Assembly (NCBI GenBank): GCA_051382295.1 | Contig: JBBCAW010000112.1 | Span: forward strand, 1-51,684 | Length of the DNA stretch: 51,684 bases | Source: Bdellovibrionota bacterium FG-1 | GTDB lineage: Bacteria; Bdellovibrionota; UBA1018 | Direction: 5' to 3' | Shown: piece by piece, positions 19,365 to 27,980 of the stretch | Numbering within the stretch: the first letter of the stretch is position 1 | How the letters are laid out: each line of letters starts with the position of its first letter | The notes under the pieces: model-generated | Databases searched by the model: none | What the model saw: only the letters and a program-made list of their open reading frames with translations | Told to the model about the DNA's origin: nothing | Program-made: the position numbers and the translations under genes

Positions 19365-20684
19365 ATGGCGGCACCAAAAACTCCCGAAGAGCAACTTTAT
19401 CCGCACATTCAGAAATTGGAATTTCTGGTTGCCGATCCCTCTTCGAGTCGTAAAAGTATCCGGCAATTACTGAGTCAGTTAGGGGCGAAACCGCACCAAG
19501 TGCATGTCGTTGAGAAGCTCGGGGACGCTAAGGAGCTGATTGCAGTCAAAAAACCGCAAGTGATCTTTGCCGACTACGAAATGCTCGGTTCCTCTGGGTT
19601 TGAGCTGGTTGAAATCCATCAAAGAGAGGTGCCGGCGAACCTTCCTCGTTTGTTTTTCTTGCTCACCTCAAAAGACTCCAATATGGTAGCGAGCAGCGCG
19701 GCCGAGGACTCGGTCGATGCCGTTCTGGTTAAACCCTTTACGTTCGATGCGCTCAAGACCGGGGTCGTTGACCTTCTGCAAAAAAAGATTAATCCCACGC
19801 CTTTTCAAAAAACGATTGAGGAGGGCAAAAAGTTTATCCAACAAAAACAGTATGACGAGGCGATTGTTCATTTTAGGAAAGCCAAGGGGTTAGATCCAAA
19901 ATCCCCCTTGTCCTATTGCGGGGAGGCAGAAGCCCTGGTTTTGCAAGGAAACCCGAAGGAAGCGATGCAGGCCTTTTCACAGAGTCTCACCAAAAACCCG
20001 ATGCATTACCGGACGTTGATGGGTATTTTGGATCTTCTGTTGGAAGAAAAAGATTACGTCAAGGCTTATGAAATCGGTCGTCGGGTTGCGGCTAATCACA
20101 CTGTTCCTTTGCAGAGAATTCCTGATTTGATCCGTCTTTCCGTTCTGAACCTAAAATTCGAGGATGTTCTCGAGTTTTATAAATTTGCGGACGCCATCAC
20201 CGAGGCTGAGGCCAATGTTTCCGTTTATCTTGCCGCCGGACTGGTGGTCTGCGGGCTGTATTTTTTGAACAACGGCAATCAAGTGGCGGCCGTCGATGCT
20301 TTTAGAAAAGCCGAGGTCGCAGCCAAAAGTTCGCCCAAAATTGTCAAACGCATTTTGGTTGCGTTGATCAGCGAGGGCCTGGAATCCGAGGTTCAGGTTT
20401 TACTAGCGCGGGCTTCGGACGAAGTGAAGGAATCCGTGGATCTTAAGATCGCTGAAATGGAATACCTCTGCAAACAGGGTAAAATTCAGGACGCATTGGG
20501 TTTAGCCGTGGAGATGATGAAGCACAGAGTAAAAGATGCGCGCGTGTATCATATGGGCATCAATCTTTCGTTGGATGCCCATCGAAGCCCGGAAATTATC
20601 GAAGATATGATTGCCCAAGCTCAACAAAATTGCTCAGGGCAGGGGCAAGCTTTTGAAGAGTACAAGAGCAAGTTGCGGCATTAA
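19365..20684 (+). CDS. Response regulator receiver fused to TPR repeats
   Basis: REC features (IFADYEM, LLTS, VKPFT) followed by TPR-like helical repeats. Confidence 0.8.
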   Translation: MAAPKTPEEQLYPHIQKLEFLVADPSSSRKSIRQLLSQLGAKPHQVHVVEKLGDAKELIAVKKPQVIFADYEMLGSSGFELVEIHQREVPANLPRLFFLLTSKDSNMVASSAAEDSVDAVLVKPFTFDALKTGVVDLLQKKINPTPFQKTIEEGKKFIQQKQYDEAIVHFRKAKGLDPKSPLSYCGEAEALVLQGNPKEAMQAFSQSLTKNPMHYRTLMGILDLLLEEKDYVKAYEIGRRVAANHTVPLQRIPDLIRLSVLNLKFEDVLEFYKFADAITEAEANVSVYLAAGLVVCGLYFLNNGNQVAAVDAFRKAEVAAKSSPKIVKRILVALISEGLESEVQVLLARASDEVKESVDLKIAEMEYLCKQGKIQDALGLAVEMMKHRVKDARVYHMGINLSLDAHRSPEIIEDMIAQAQQNCSGQGQAFEEYKSKLRH

Positions 20685-21355
20685 AGAATACGACTTAAGA
20701 GCTGAGCCTTTTGAGCTTGTGAAATACTTCTAAACTGCACGCCGATACCAGGGAGATGTCCGGAGGTAACGCCCCACTTGAGGTTCCATCGCACTTCAGC
20801 CTCAATCGGGGTGAGGTCGGTAAACTCTTGAACGGTGAAGCGAATGATATTTCCAACCGGATGGTTTCTTGAGTCGATGATGAAAAGCCCTTCGGGTGAA
20901 ATATTGTAGGTGTTAGTCAAAACGGACTCGTTATTCATCCCTTGGAGGACCACATTCAAGTGGACGATCAAGCGCCGGTGCATTCGCACGCCACGCGCTA
21001 AGAAGGGACGACAACGATCTTGGATGAAGCGCTCAAAAATATCGGCTCCTTCTAGGTTTAAGTCCTCCACGATTCCAGAAACCTTGACGCCGGGCTCGCA
21101 ATGAATGATCCGCAAAAGGGGAAACGAGCCCTCGACATCGGCTAAAAACGCTTTCTCTGCCGCTTCCGAAGAGAGAATCGACTTGAAGTCAATCACGACC
21201 CCAGAAAACTGGTCCACGCCCGAGTTTCGCTTGAAGTCGAGGAGGTTGGCAAAGGTGCGGGAACTCGCCCCCGCTATATCGATTTGACTCGAAAAAAAAT
21301 TCCGAGAGGTTTCATTTTTTGAAATCACGGCAAGTTGCGGCTTATTGCGGTTCAT
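20681..21355 (-). CDS. PilZ domain protein, putative c-di-GMP receptor
   Basis: RMHRR (RxxxR) and NISPEG (D/NxSxxG); AEVRW...GIGVQF. Confidence 0.8.
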   Translation of the reverse strand: MNRNKPQLAVISKNETSRNFFSSQIDIAGASSRTFANLLDFKRNSGVDQFSGVVIDFKSILSSEAAEKAFLADVEGSFPLLRIIHCEPGVKVSGIVEDLNLEGADIFERFIQDRCRPFLARGVRMHRRLIVHLNVVLQGMNNESVLTNTYNISPEGLFIIDSRNHPVGNIIRFTVQEFTDLTPIEAEVRWNLKWGVTSGHLPGIGVQFRSISQAQKAQLLSRIL

Positions 21356-21420
21356 AAGGGTAAATATTATAGCGCAAAAAGATATGAGTCAACAAAATGG
21401 CTCTTAGTGAGAGAATTGTG

Positions 21421-21448
21421 ACGGCCCGAAGTGGGTGCTTCGGGCCGT
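21421..21448. terminator. GC-rich hairpin after the porin stop codon
   Basis: ACGGCCCGAAG-N6-CTTCGGGCCGT, an 11-bp perfect stem. The U-tract on the minus strand is weak. Confidence 0.5.
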
Positions 21449-21453
21449 TTCTA

Positions 21454-22683
21454 TCAGAATACGTGGCGCATGCCTAAGCCAAGGGCCTCTGGATCTTGGC
21501 CATTGACGGTGCTTAATGAATTTACACCATTGATGATGAAGTTGTACGTGCCATTTGGATTCCAGACTTTGGAAGCCACCAGATACACATCGGTGCGTTT
21601 GCTGAGGCTGTAAGAGCCACCCAAACTGGCGAGTGTTCCACCCAAGCCGGAGATATTGCAAGCCACACCGGAGGCTAAGGCGCAAGTGCCATCGGTGGCC
21701 ATTGCAAAGCCTGCGCGAGCCGTGAAATCGCTGATTTTCTGAGTTGCAGTGAGAGCAAAAGCGGCACGACTGTAGGTCGAGGCGCCTGCGCTATCCGTGA
21801 GGCTGTAGCTCAAATTAGTGTAGATCAAGCCAATCATTGTTGTGTCCATCGGGCGCACACCTAACACTGCTTTGTAGCCACGATCTTTACTGTTAAAGGA
21901 TTTGAGGCCACCGATGATGGGGTTGACATTATTGACAAGCATGTCGTCGTGTTGTTCAACGGCTAATCCTCCGACGAACATTCCTTCATCATAGGTCACC
22001 GAGGCGCCAAGGAGATCTGGATTGTTGCCGGCACCCGAAAGTGGGGCGCCTGTAGCAATCAAATTGCGGTCAATATTGTTTGAGTACATCGCACGAGCTG
22101 TAACGCCCGAAATTTTCGGCGAAATATATTGAATAGAACCGCCTTGACGACGATTGAAGCTCGTCGCATCTCCAATGCTTGCCGTTGCTGCACCAGCATT
22201 ACCTTCCCCTGCGGCGGCTGAGTCCATCGAGGTAGCGCCGAGGCCGATGGTGTCGGTGATTGCCGCCATGTAGCCGACGCCGGTGCCGTAGAAAGGCTCA
22301 ACAGGGTTGTTGAGGATTTTGAATGGGGTGTCCCATTTTGAATAAGCGAACGTACCATACGGGGTTTCAAGACCGAGCATTGAATTGCGCAATGCTGGTG
22401 AAAGGATACCCGACGAAGGGTTCAAAGAAACTTCGAGCTGGGCCAAGGCTTTGAGGCCATTGCCGAGGTCTTCACTTCCCTTAATGCCGAAGTTGGATGA
22501 ATTGGAGACCAAGCGCTGGCGAGCCAGGTAATTAGTTTTCCCTGGGTCCGTCGCGGCAAAAGAGTCTACTGTTTCGAAATCGAGATTCAAGACGCCGTAG
22601 ATGCCCACATTGGGTCCGTCCGCCCGAGCACCCGCGCTCAATGCGAAAATAGTTGTTAATAGCGTTAAATAAACTTTTTTCAT
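21454..22683 (-). CDS. Gram-negative trimeric porin (Neisseria/Burkholderia type)
   Basis: SD GGAGG before ATG 22683; signal peptide; VGIYGVLN, SNFGIKGSEDLGNGLKALAQLE, YSLSKRTDVY; C-terminal GMRHVF. Confidence 0.88.
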   Translation of the reverse strand: MKKVYLTLLTTIFALSAGARADGPNVGIYGVLNLDFETVDSFAATDPGKTNYLARQRLVSNSSNFGIKGSEDLGNGLKALAQLEVSLNPSSGILSPALRNSMLGLETPYGTFAYSKWDTPFKILNNPVEPFYGTGVGYMAAITDTIGLGATSMDSAAAGEGNAGAATASIGDATSFNRRQGGSIQYISPKISGVTARAMYSNNIDRNLIATGAPLSGAGNNPDLLGASVTYDEGMFVGGLAVEQHDDMLVNNVNPIIGGLKSFNSKDRGYKAVLGVRPMDTTMIGLIYTNLSYSLTDSAGASTYSRAAFALTATQKISDFTARAGFAMATDGTCALASGVACNISGLGGTLASLGGSYSLSKRTDVYLVASKVWNPNGTYNFIINGVNSLSTVNGQDPEALGLGMRHVF

Positions 22684-22825
22684 TTTCAATCCTCCCATGG
22701 ATGGTTTTGAAAAGAGCTTGAAGTGAAATGATTTAAACCTCAAGTTTTTTCTAATCCCCTTAGGTTGATTGGCCCGGATTAATTCAATACTATAAAACCA
22801 TAATCGACGATTACTAAAACATTCC

Positions 22826-22853
22826 TTGCGCCCCCCCCCCCCCAATTTATCAT
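22826..22853 (+). promoter_or_regulatory. Putative sigma70 promoter whose spacer is a poly-C tract
   Basis: TTGCGC (22826-22831), 16-bp spacer, TATCAT (22848-22853); C13 run at 22831-22843. Confidence 0.55.
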
Positions 22854-22893
22854 TCATATTTACGCCTAAAAACAATCTCTAGGGAGACCTCTT

Positions 22894-23265
22894 ATGTTCA
22901 ACAAGTACATTCTTTCATTTGGAGCGATTGCGCTCCTTTTCCAAGCCCATGCCTACGCTGGCGAGTGCACCCTTTCCGTCACCCGCGATGCCTGCCCTGG
23001 ACAAGACTCCGAGTCCTTGTCGAAATGTGATGGCAAAAAGTCTTGCGACGAATCCAAAAAAACAGGAAGTGCGGAGGCTTGCGCTAAAGAAGCCATTAAA
23101 GCCTGTCAAAACAAAAGAACGAACGTTACGAAATCTAAAATCGTCATCGCCAAGTTCGGTGGTCAACCTGTCGAAGGCGGAAAAGATTTCTGCAAAACCA
23201 AGGTAGATGGTCTTTACGATCCCGAAAAGGATTACCCATTCCGCGACAAGGCCGACTGTAAATAA
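22894..23265 (+). CDS. Small secreted Cys-rich protein
   Basis: SD GGAG; signal peptide ending AYA; 8 Cys in the mature part. Confidence 0.75.
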   Translation: MFNKYILSFGAIALLFQAHAYAGECTLSVTRDACPGQDSESLSKCDGKKSCDESKKTGSAEACAKEAIKACQNKRTNVTKSKIVIAKFGGQPVEGGKDFCKTKVDGLYDPEKDYPFRDKADCK

Positions 23266-23297
23266 GAATTCAACTCGGACTAAAAGGTGGGGACGAA

Positions 23298-24899
23298 ATG
23301 TTAAAAAAACTCAGTGCTAAGCTCGAACGGTTTCCATTAAAAACCAAACTCTTCGTCTCCACCGGTCTGTTTTTATTTACGACACTAACCATCGGAGTCG
23401 TGAGCCAGCTAGTGATCCGCTCTCTCACAATATCGGTTTATAGCCTGTCCTCTTCCTCGGCCTCTGCCGACTGGCTAACCCAGGCTTCTATTACCAAACC
23501 CGAATTACTCCAATATCTCTGGACGGCCGCATTTGATTACGATTTTGGAAAAAAAACGCCAGACGCCGCCATTAAAGACATCTTAACCACTTCCAGAAAC
23601 TTCGAAGAGGCGATCAAGAAGTACTCAGTCGAAGCCCCGCTCAGCCCAAACGAAAAAGTTCTATACGAAAAACTGGAAAAAGCCTGGTCCCCCATTCAGG
23701 CAAGAGTGAAGGTATTGACTCAAATACTTAAGGAAGCGACGGTAACTCGCGCTGAAATCAGCAAACAGGTGAGCTCACTCACCGATGATTGCCTCGCTTT
23801 AAGCGACGCTCTTTCTGAGCTTGGAGCGCTCGTAAAACAAAAAGGAACAGTGGCCGCAGACCAGTCCGCCGCGCTTGAAAGAAAAAATACTCTATTTGCA
23901 ATTACAATTACGATCTTCGGACTTGCCGTGGCGGCTATTTCTTTCGGCCTGGTCTCGAGCATCTCGAAATGGCTAGGGGAACTTGCCAAGAGGCTTGTTT
24001 GCGAAGCTGGAGAGATCGCATCAGCCTCCACCGCAATTGGAGAATCCGCAAATAAACTCTCGGCGGGCACGACCCAGCAAGGGGCAGCGGTTCAAGAAAC
24101 CGTTGCCGCCCTCGAGGAGGTCAGCTCAACCTTAGAAAGGAACGCCGAAAACACTACTCGATCCAGTGAACGGTCTGGGACCTGTTCTGAGGCCGCAGGC
24201 CGTGGAAAACAGGCTGTAGAAAAGGTGATTGGTTCCATGGATGAGATCAATCGGAGCAATGCCGAGATCATTGAACAGGTTGAAGCCGGCAATCGGGAGA
24301 TCTCCGAGATCGTAAAAGTGATCGCGGAAATTGGCAATAAAACCAAAATAATCAACGACATCGTATTTCAGACCAAGCTTCTTTCTTTTAATGCATCGGT
24401 GGAAGCCGCACGAGCGGGGGAGCACGGAAAAGGCTTCGCGGTCGTGGCTGAGGAGATTGGAAATCTCGCGCAGATGAGCGGAAATTCCGCCAAAGAGATC
24501 TCAGAAATGCTGGAAACCAGCATTAGAAATGTCGAAAGTATTATTACAAAAAGCAGAACCCGCGTTGAGCAACTCATCGTCGGGGGACGGCAAAAGGTCG
24601 AAGCAGGAATCCAAACGGCAAAGGATTGCGGAACGGTTCTCGATAATATCGTGGTGAATGTGGACGAAGTCAACCAGATGATCACCCAAATCGCTACCGC
24701 CACGCATGAGCAATCGCAAGGGGTCAGTCAAATTAAACAAGCGATGAATCAAATCGAGCAGGCCACGAATCAGAATTCCGATGTTTCGCACCAATCTGCT
24801 GCCATGGCCAAACAGTTAACCAGTCAATCGGAGTCCCTCAATGTGATCGTCTCCGATCTTGAAAAAATGGTTCATGGGACGGAGAGGCCACAAGTTTAG
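23298..24899 (+). CDS. Methyl-accepting chemotaxis protein
   Basis: Two TM helices, periplasmic helical domain, and signalling hairpin [33 protein letters not shown]. Confidence 0.95.
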   Translation: MLKKLSAKLERFPLKTKLFVSTGLFLFTTLTIGVVSQLVIRSLTISVYSLSSSSASADWLTQASITKPELLQYLWTAAFDYDFGKKTPDAAIKDILTTSRNFEEAIKKYSVEAPLSPNEKVLYEKLEKAWSPIQARVKVLTQILKEATVTRAEISKQVSSLTDDCLALSDALSELGALVKQKGTVAADQSAALERKNTLFAITITIFGLAVAAISFGLVSSISKWLGELAKRLVCEAGEIASASTAIGESANKLSAGTTQQGAAVQETVAALEEVSSTLERNAENTTRSSERSGTCSEAAGRGKQAVEKVIGSMDEINRSNAEIIEQVEAGNREISEIVKVIAEIGNKTKIINDIVFQTKLLSFNASVEAARAGEHGKGFAVVAEEIGNLAQMSGNSAKEISEMLETSIRNVESIITKSRTRVEQLIVGGRQKVEAGIQTAKDCGTVLDNIVVNVDEVNQMITQIATATHEQSQGVSQIKQAMNQIEQATNQNSDVSHQSAAMAKQLTSQSESLNVIVSDLEKMVHGTERPQV

Positions 24900-24950
24900 C
24901 CCTACTTCTCCGCCGGGCACGCATAGTCGATCTCTCGCTTACACATAAGT

Positions 24951-25030
24951 TACTGAAATCACGCCGCTATTTCAGTATTCTCAAACTATTTTACACAAAA
25001 CTTGCTAAAATGTGTGGTTTTTGGTATCTT
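24951..25030 (+). promoter_or_regulatory. Putative promoter and operator palindromes of the toxin-antitoxin-like operon
   Basis: TTGCTA-17 bp-TATCTT; inverted repeats TACTGAAAT-N9-ATTTCAGTA and ACACA...TGTGT; SD GAGGAGG follows. Confidence 0.5.
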
Positions 25031-25050
25031 GATTTGAGGAGGATGACCCC

Positions 25051-25452
25051 ATGATTGGAGAAACCATAGATAGCACTTTAGAAGTAATGGGGCTGTCCAA
25101 CAGGGCACTCGCTCGACTCATCAAAGTTGACGTTCATACGATCACCGAGAACAAGACCAAGCGATGGGAAGACCTTACGCCAAACACCTTGAAAAAGTTG
25201 GGCGGCATCTGCTTTCTGGTCACCCAGGAATATAATTTGTATCGGTCATCGGTCATCTTAGAAATTCTCAATCAGCATGTATTCAAGGATACAGACAATA
25301 AACGGTATTCCGTTCTGACAGCAATGATCAGCGACAAATTCGACTTCGAAACTGTGGTCTCCATCGGCAGAATGGCGCGAGACTTTTATAAGGAAAAAAT
25401 GTTGAAATCGGCGCCCTCTGTGCCAACATTGCCGGATGCCCTTTCAGCCTGA
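25051..25452 (+). CDS. HTH-containing putative antitoxin/regulator
   Basis: GLSNRALARLIKVDVHTI resembles an Xre-type HTH; overlaps the toxin-like ORF. Confidence 0.55.
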   Translation: MIGETIDSTLEVMGLSNRALARLIKVDVHTITENKTKRWEDLTPNTLKKLGGICFLVTQEYNLYRSSVILEILNQHVFKDTDNKRYSVLTAMISDKFDFETVVSIGRMARDFYKEKMLKSAPSVPTLPDALSA

Positions 25453-25735
25453 GTATTCCAATTTTATAAAAACTGAATTAGCACGTCTTGATGGGGGCAG
25501 TGCGACCGAAAAAAAACGGGCGCAAACGGTTCGTCTAAAAGTATCGGCAGTATGTCAGGCTCCATTCAGCCCAACTTATACCAAAGATTTGCCAGAGCAT
25601 TATGGGGCCGTTGCTGCTACTGGCCGTTTCCGACTGTTTTTCAGAGTTCATCCAGAGCACGAAATCGTGTTCTTCGCATGGATGAACGACGAGCGAAATA
25701 TTCATACAAGCGGCGCGGCCAATGATCACATATGA
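25436..25735 (+). CDS. YhaV/RelE-like toxin, possibly truncated at the C-terminus
   Basis: GRFRLFFRVHPEHEIVFFAWMNDE resembles the YhaV-family RLFFR...I..AW.NDE motif; the ORF stops soon after. Confidence 0.6.
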   Translation: MPFQPEYSNFIKTELARLDGGSATEKKRAQTVRLKVSAVCQAPFSPTYTKDLPEHYGAVAATGRFRLFFRVHPEHEIVFFAWMNDERNIHTSGAANDHI

Positions 25736-25862
25736 CCTTTATTTGATAACGGCAAACATTGAGAAAAGCCGACATATGCTTTTCAAGTTCAATTTCGAGC
25801 AAGGCGCGGCGGATTCTGAGGTTGAACTATGGGCAAGAGCACCGAGGCAACGATAACTGGAA

Positions 25863-26153
25863 TCATTTTTGGCGCATATGCCCTCCCCTTCTAACCTCCA
25901 AATGCGGGGTTCGGGTGGCGCTCCGATTTCTGGGGTGTGAAGGGCTTGCGGTTTTTTCAGGCTGAAGCGCCTGCTCGTATTCTTGAAAAAACTTCCCAAA
26001 GAGGACCGAGAGATCCGGCGCCACCGCCCCTCTCCATCGAACGGCGAAAACGATACCATCGGGGATAGCGTATTCTCGCACCTCATTGAGCTTAGAACGA
26101 GTCACATGAACGGTATATTGAGAGGTGTTTTGACCGGAGGTCACACTTCGCAA
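25863..26153 (-). pseudogene. DUF2844-like fragment
   Basis: VREYAIPDGIVFAVRWRGAVAPDLSVLFGKFFQEY; no signal peptide or good start; ends just after GGHMR. Confidence 0.6.
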
Positions 26154-26202
26154 GGCACGGCTGTCTGATTTAAGTGCATCTCGAAACTATTGTTTCACAA
26201 GA

Positions 26203-26251
26203 AAACGGACCGAAGTAGCGTGATTTTGCTCCCTTCGGTCCGTATTTTTTT
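26203..26251. terminator. Bidirectional intrinsic terminator-like hairpin
   Basis: ACGGACCGAAG...CTTCGGTCCGT stem flanked by an A-run and a T-run, just past the stop of the 26266 gene. Confidence 0.65.
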
Positions 26252-26265
26252 AAACTAGAGACGTT

Positions 26266-26748
26266 TTAGAGCGTGGAGGCTCCTGGAGGATGTGGATCTT
26301 TTTTGAACTCACAAACGCCATCTAACACGTCATTGCGCTCGCCTGGAAGGTTGATACGAAGGGCAGCCGTAAACGATCCGTGCATGTGATTCCAATCGAG
26401 ATCATCAACTCGGATTTGTGGATTGCCATCATGTCCGATAAAGAGGGTTTCCGAGTCTCTATCGTGGCCGACGTCAATGGTGAGACCATCACTGTAAACC
26501 ACAAACCCATCGCATTTGATGGTCATGTGATTGTCCCGATCGTCCCCGCGTAGATGGCCCCCGTCTGGTTTTTCCGCATCAAAGGTTCCGAGCGCAATGC
26601 AGCGATCTTGGCCGATGAACTTGGGTTCATGGAACCGGCAGACAAATGTGGCGTCTTCACGAGGTTTTGGACCATTGTCATCAGCGAAAACGTTGGCACC
26701 AAAAGAAACCGCCGCAAGCATCATCAACAAAGAATATTTAATGAACAT
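26266..26748 (-). CDS. Secreted hypothetical protein
   Basis: SD AGGAG, signal peptide, four Cys. Confidence 0.65.
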   Translation of the reverse strand: MFIKYSLLMMLAAVSFGANVFADDNGPKPREDATFVCRFHEPKFIGQDRCIALGTFDAEKPDGGHLRGDDRDNHMTIKCDGFVVYSDGLTIDVGHDRDSETLFIGHDGNPQIRVDDLDWNHMHGSFTAALRINLPGERNDVLDGVCEFKKDPHPPGASTL

Positions 26749-27023
26749 TCGCAAATCTCCTATACCATGGGTTGAGCTAATTAATTAACCGGCGTTCGAA
26801 CGATGAACACCGGTTGCTTCATTAGGTAGGCTAGCTGCGAATGAATCAAAAGATCTTTTTTTCAAAAAAATTGAGAGCGCCTGAATTCAGTGGGGTCTCG
26901 TTGCAAATTAAAAGATTTTGCACTGCGCGTTTGAATTCGGCAAACTGTTTTTAGGCTCAAAGCGTTCGAAATGCAATGTCCGAGCAAGGACCTTTTAGAG
27001 CTAGGGTGCGAAAAAAATTCGCC

Positions 27024-27854
27024 TTAATACGCCATCCCGCTATAACTGGAGGGTGAGTAGTCTGCGCTTCCTACCCACTCGGAGTCACCGCCGCCTGAAA
27101 GAGTTTTACTTCGTCGGCCAGTGGCTTGAGGAAAAAAATCACGATTGCCCGTAATCGTGATGGTGCGAGTTTGCTTAAAACCCCAAACCTGCTCTTGCAA
27201 GGGGAATGAATTTCCTGCGAACGAATAGCATTCCGCCTTTTTAAGGTTGAGCGGTTCTCGCACGTCGATCGAGCGTTCTTTTCGGCTTAAGATTTCGTAT
27301 TCGACGTTTTCTTGCGTAGCGATGCCGGTATAGATGAGATGATTCATCGAATCTCGGTGATAGCGGCCCGGCGCTGCGGCAGGGATTTCAAAAGTCGTTT
27401 GAAACCGGTTATCTGTTGGGAGCGCTTTGCGGCCATAGGCTTCACTCAGTTCTTCATAATCAGAAGATTCGTAGGGATCATGTTTCCCTGCGGCTGGGTC
27501 CAGGGGAATGTCATAGGTGTGAATTCGGGTGAGGCGACCATCATGGGCTTGGTACACGGTCATCCGCGAAGGGCCCCACTGCTCCGGCGTTTCGGAATAA
27601 GCAGTATAACTGGCCTTTTTGAGGCGTTCGGTTTCTGAGACCGTCGTATAGTAACGATCATAAAAGAATTCCAACTTACGATGAGATCGACTGTCAGTAA
27701 TTTTTTGCAAACGCCCCGCTTCATCGTATCGGACATCGACCCCAATAGGAGTCGGACCCTCGCAGCTTTCATTCGCAAGTGACAGCTGAGCATTCAAAGT
27801 GAAGGCACTTGCTGCCAAAAATAAATAGCTTAAATTTTTCATCTGGCTCTTCAT
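27024..27854 (-). CDS. Secreted hypothetical protein with one YD-like repeat
   Basis: SD GGGAG, signal peptide, YDEAGRLQKITD motif. Confidence 0.6.
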   Translation of the reverse strand: MKSQMKNLSYLFLAASAFTLNAQLSLANESCEGPTPIGVDVRYDEAGRLQKITDSRSHRKLEFFYDRYYTTVSETERLKKASYTAYSETPEQWGPSRMTVYQAHDGRLTRIHTYDIPLDPAAGKHDPYESSDYEELSEAYGRKALPTDNRFQTTFEIPAAAPGRYHRDSMNHLIYTGIATQENVEYEILSRKERSIDVREPLNLKKAECYSFAGNSFPLQEQVWGFKQTRTITITGNRDFFPQATGRRSKTLSGGGDSEWVGSADYSPSSYSGMAY

Positions 27855-27980
27855 AAAAACTCCCTTAGACCGGTAGCAGCAAGGTTTGAGCCAAGGGGTG
27901 ATCTTTAAGAAATAGTCAATAATATTGACGTAGTATACAATACCGTCAGGAAGTGGCCGAGATAAAAAGCTGTCTAGGGA

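Noticed and set aside
22684..22875. 64-aa N-terminal extension of the porin running through the homopolymer
   Set aside because: A strong SD and signal peptide begin at ATG 22683, so the tract is better read as promoter DNA than as a coding frameshift switch.
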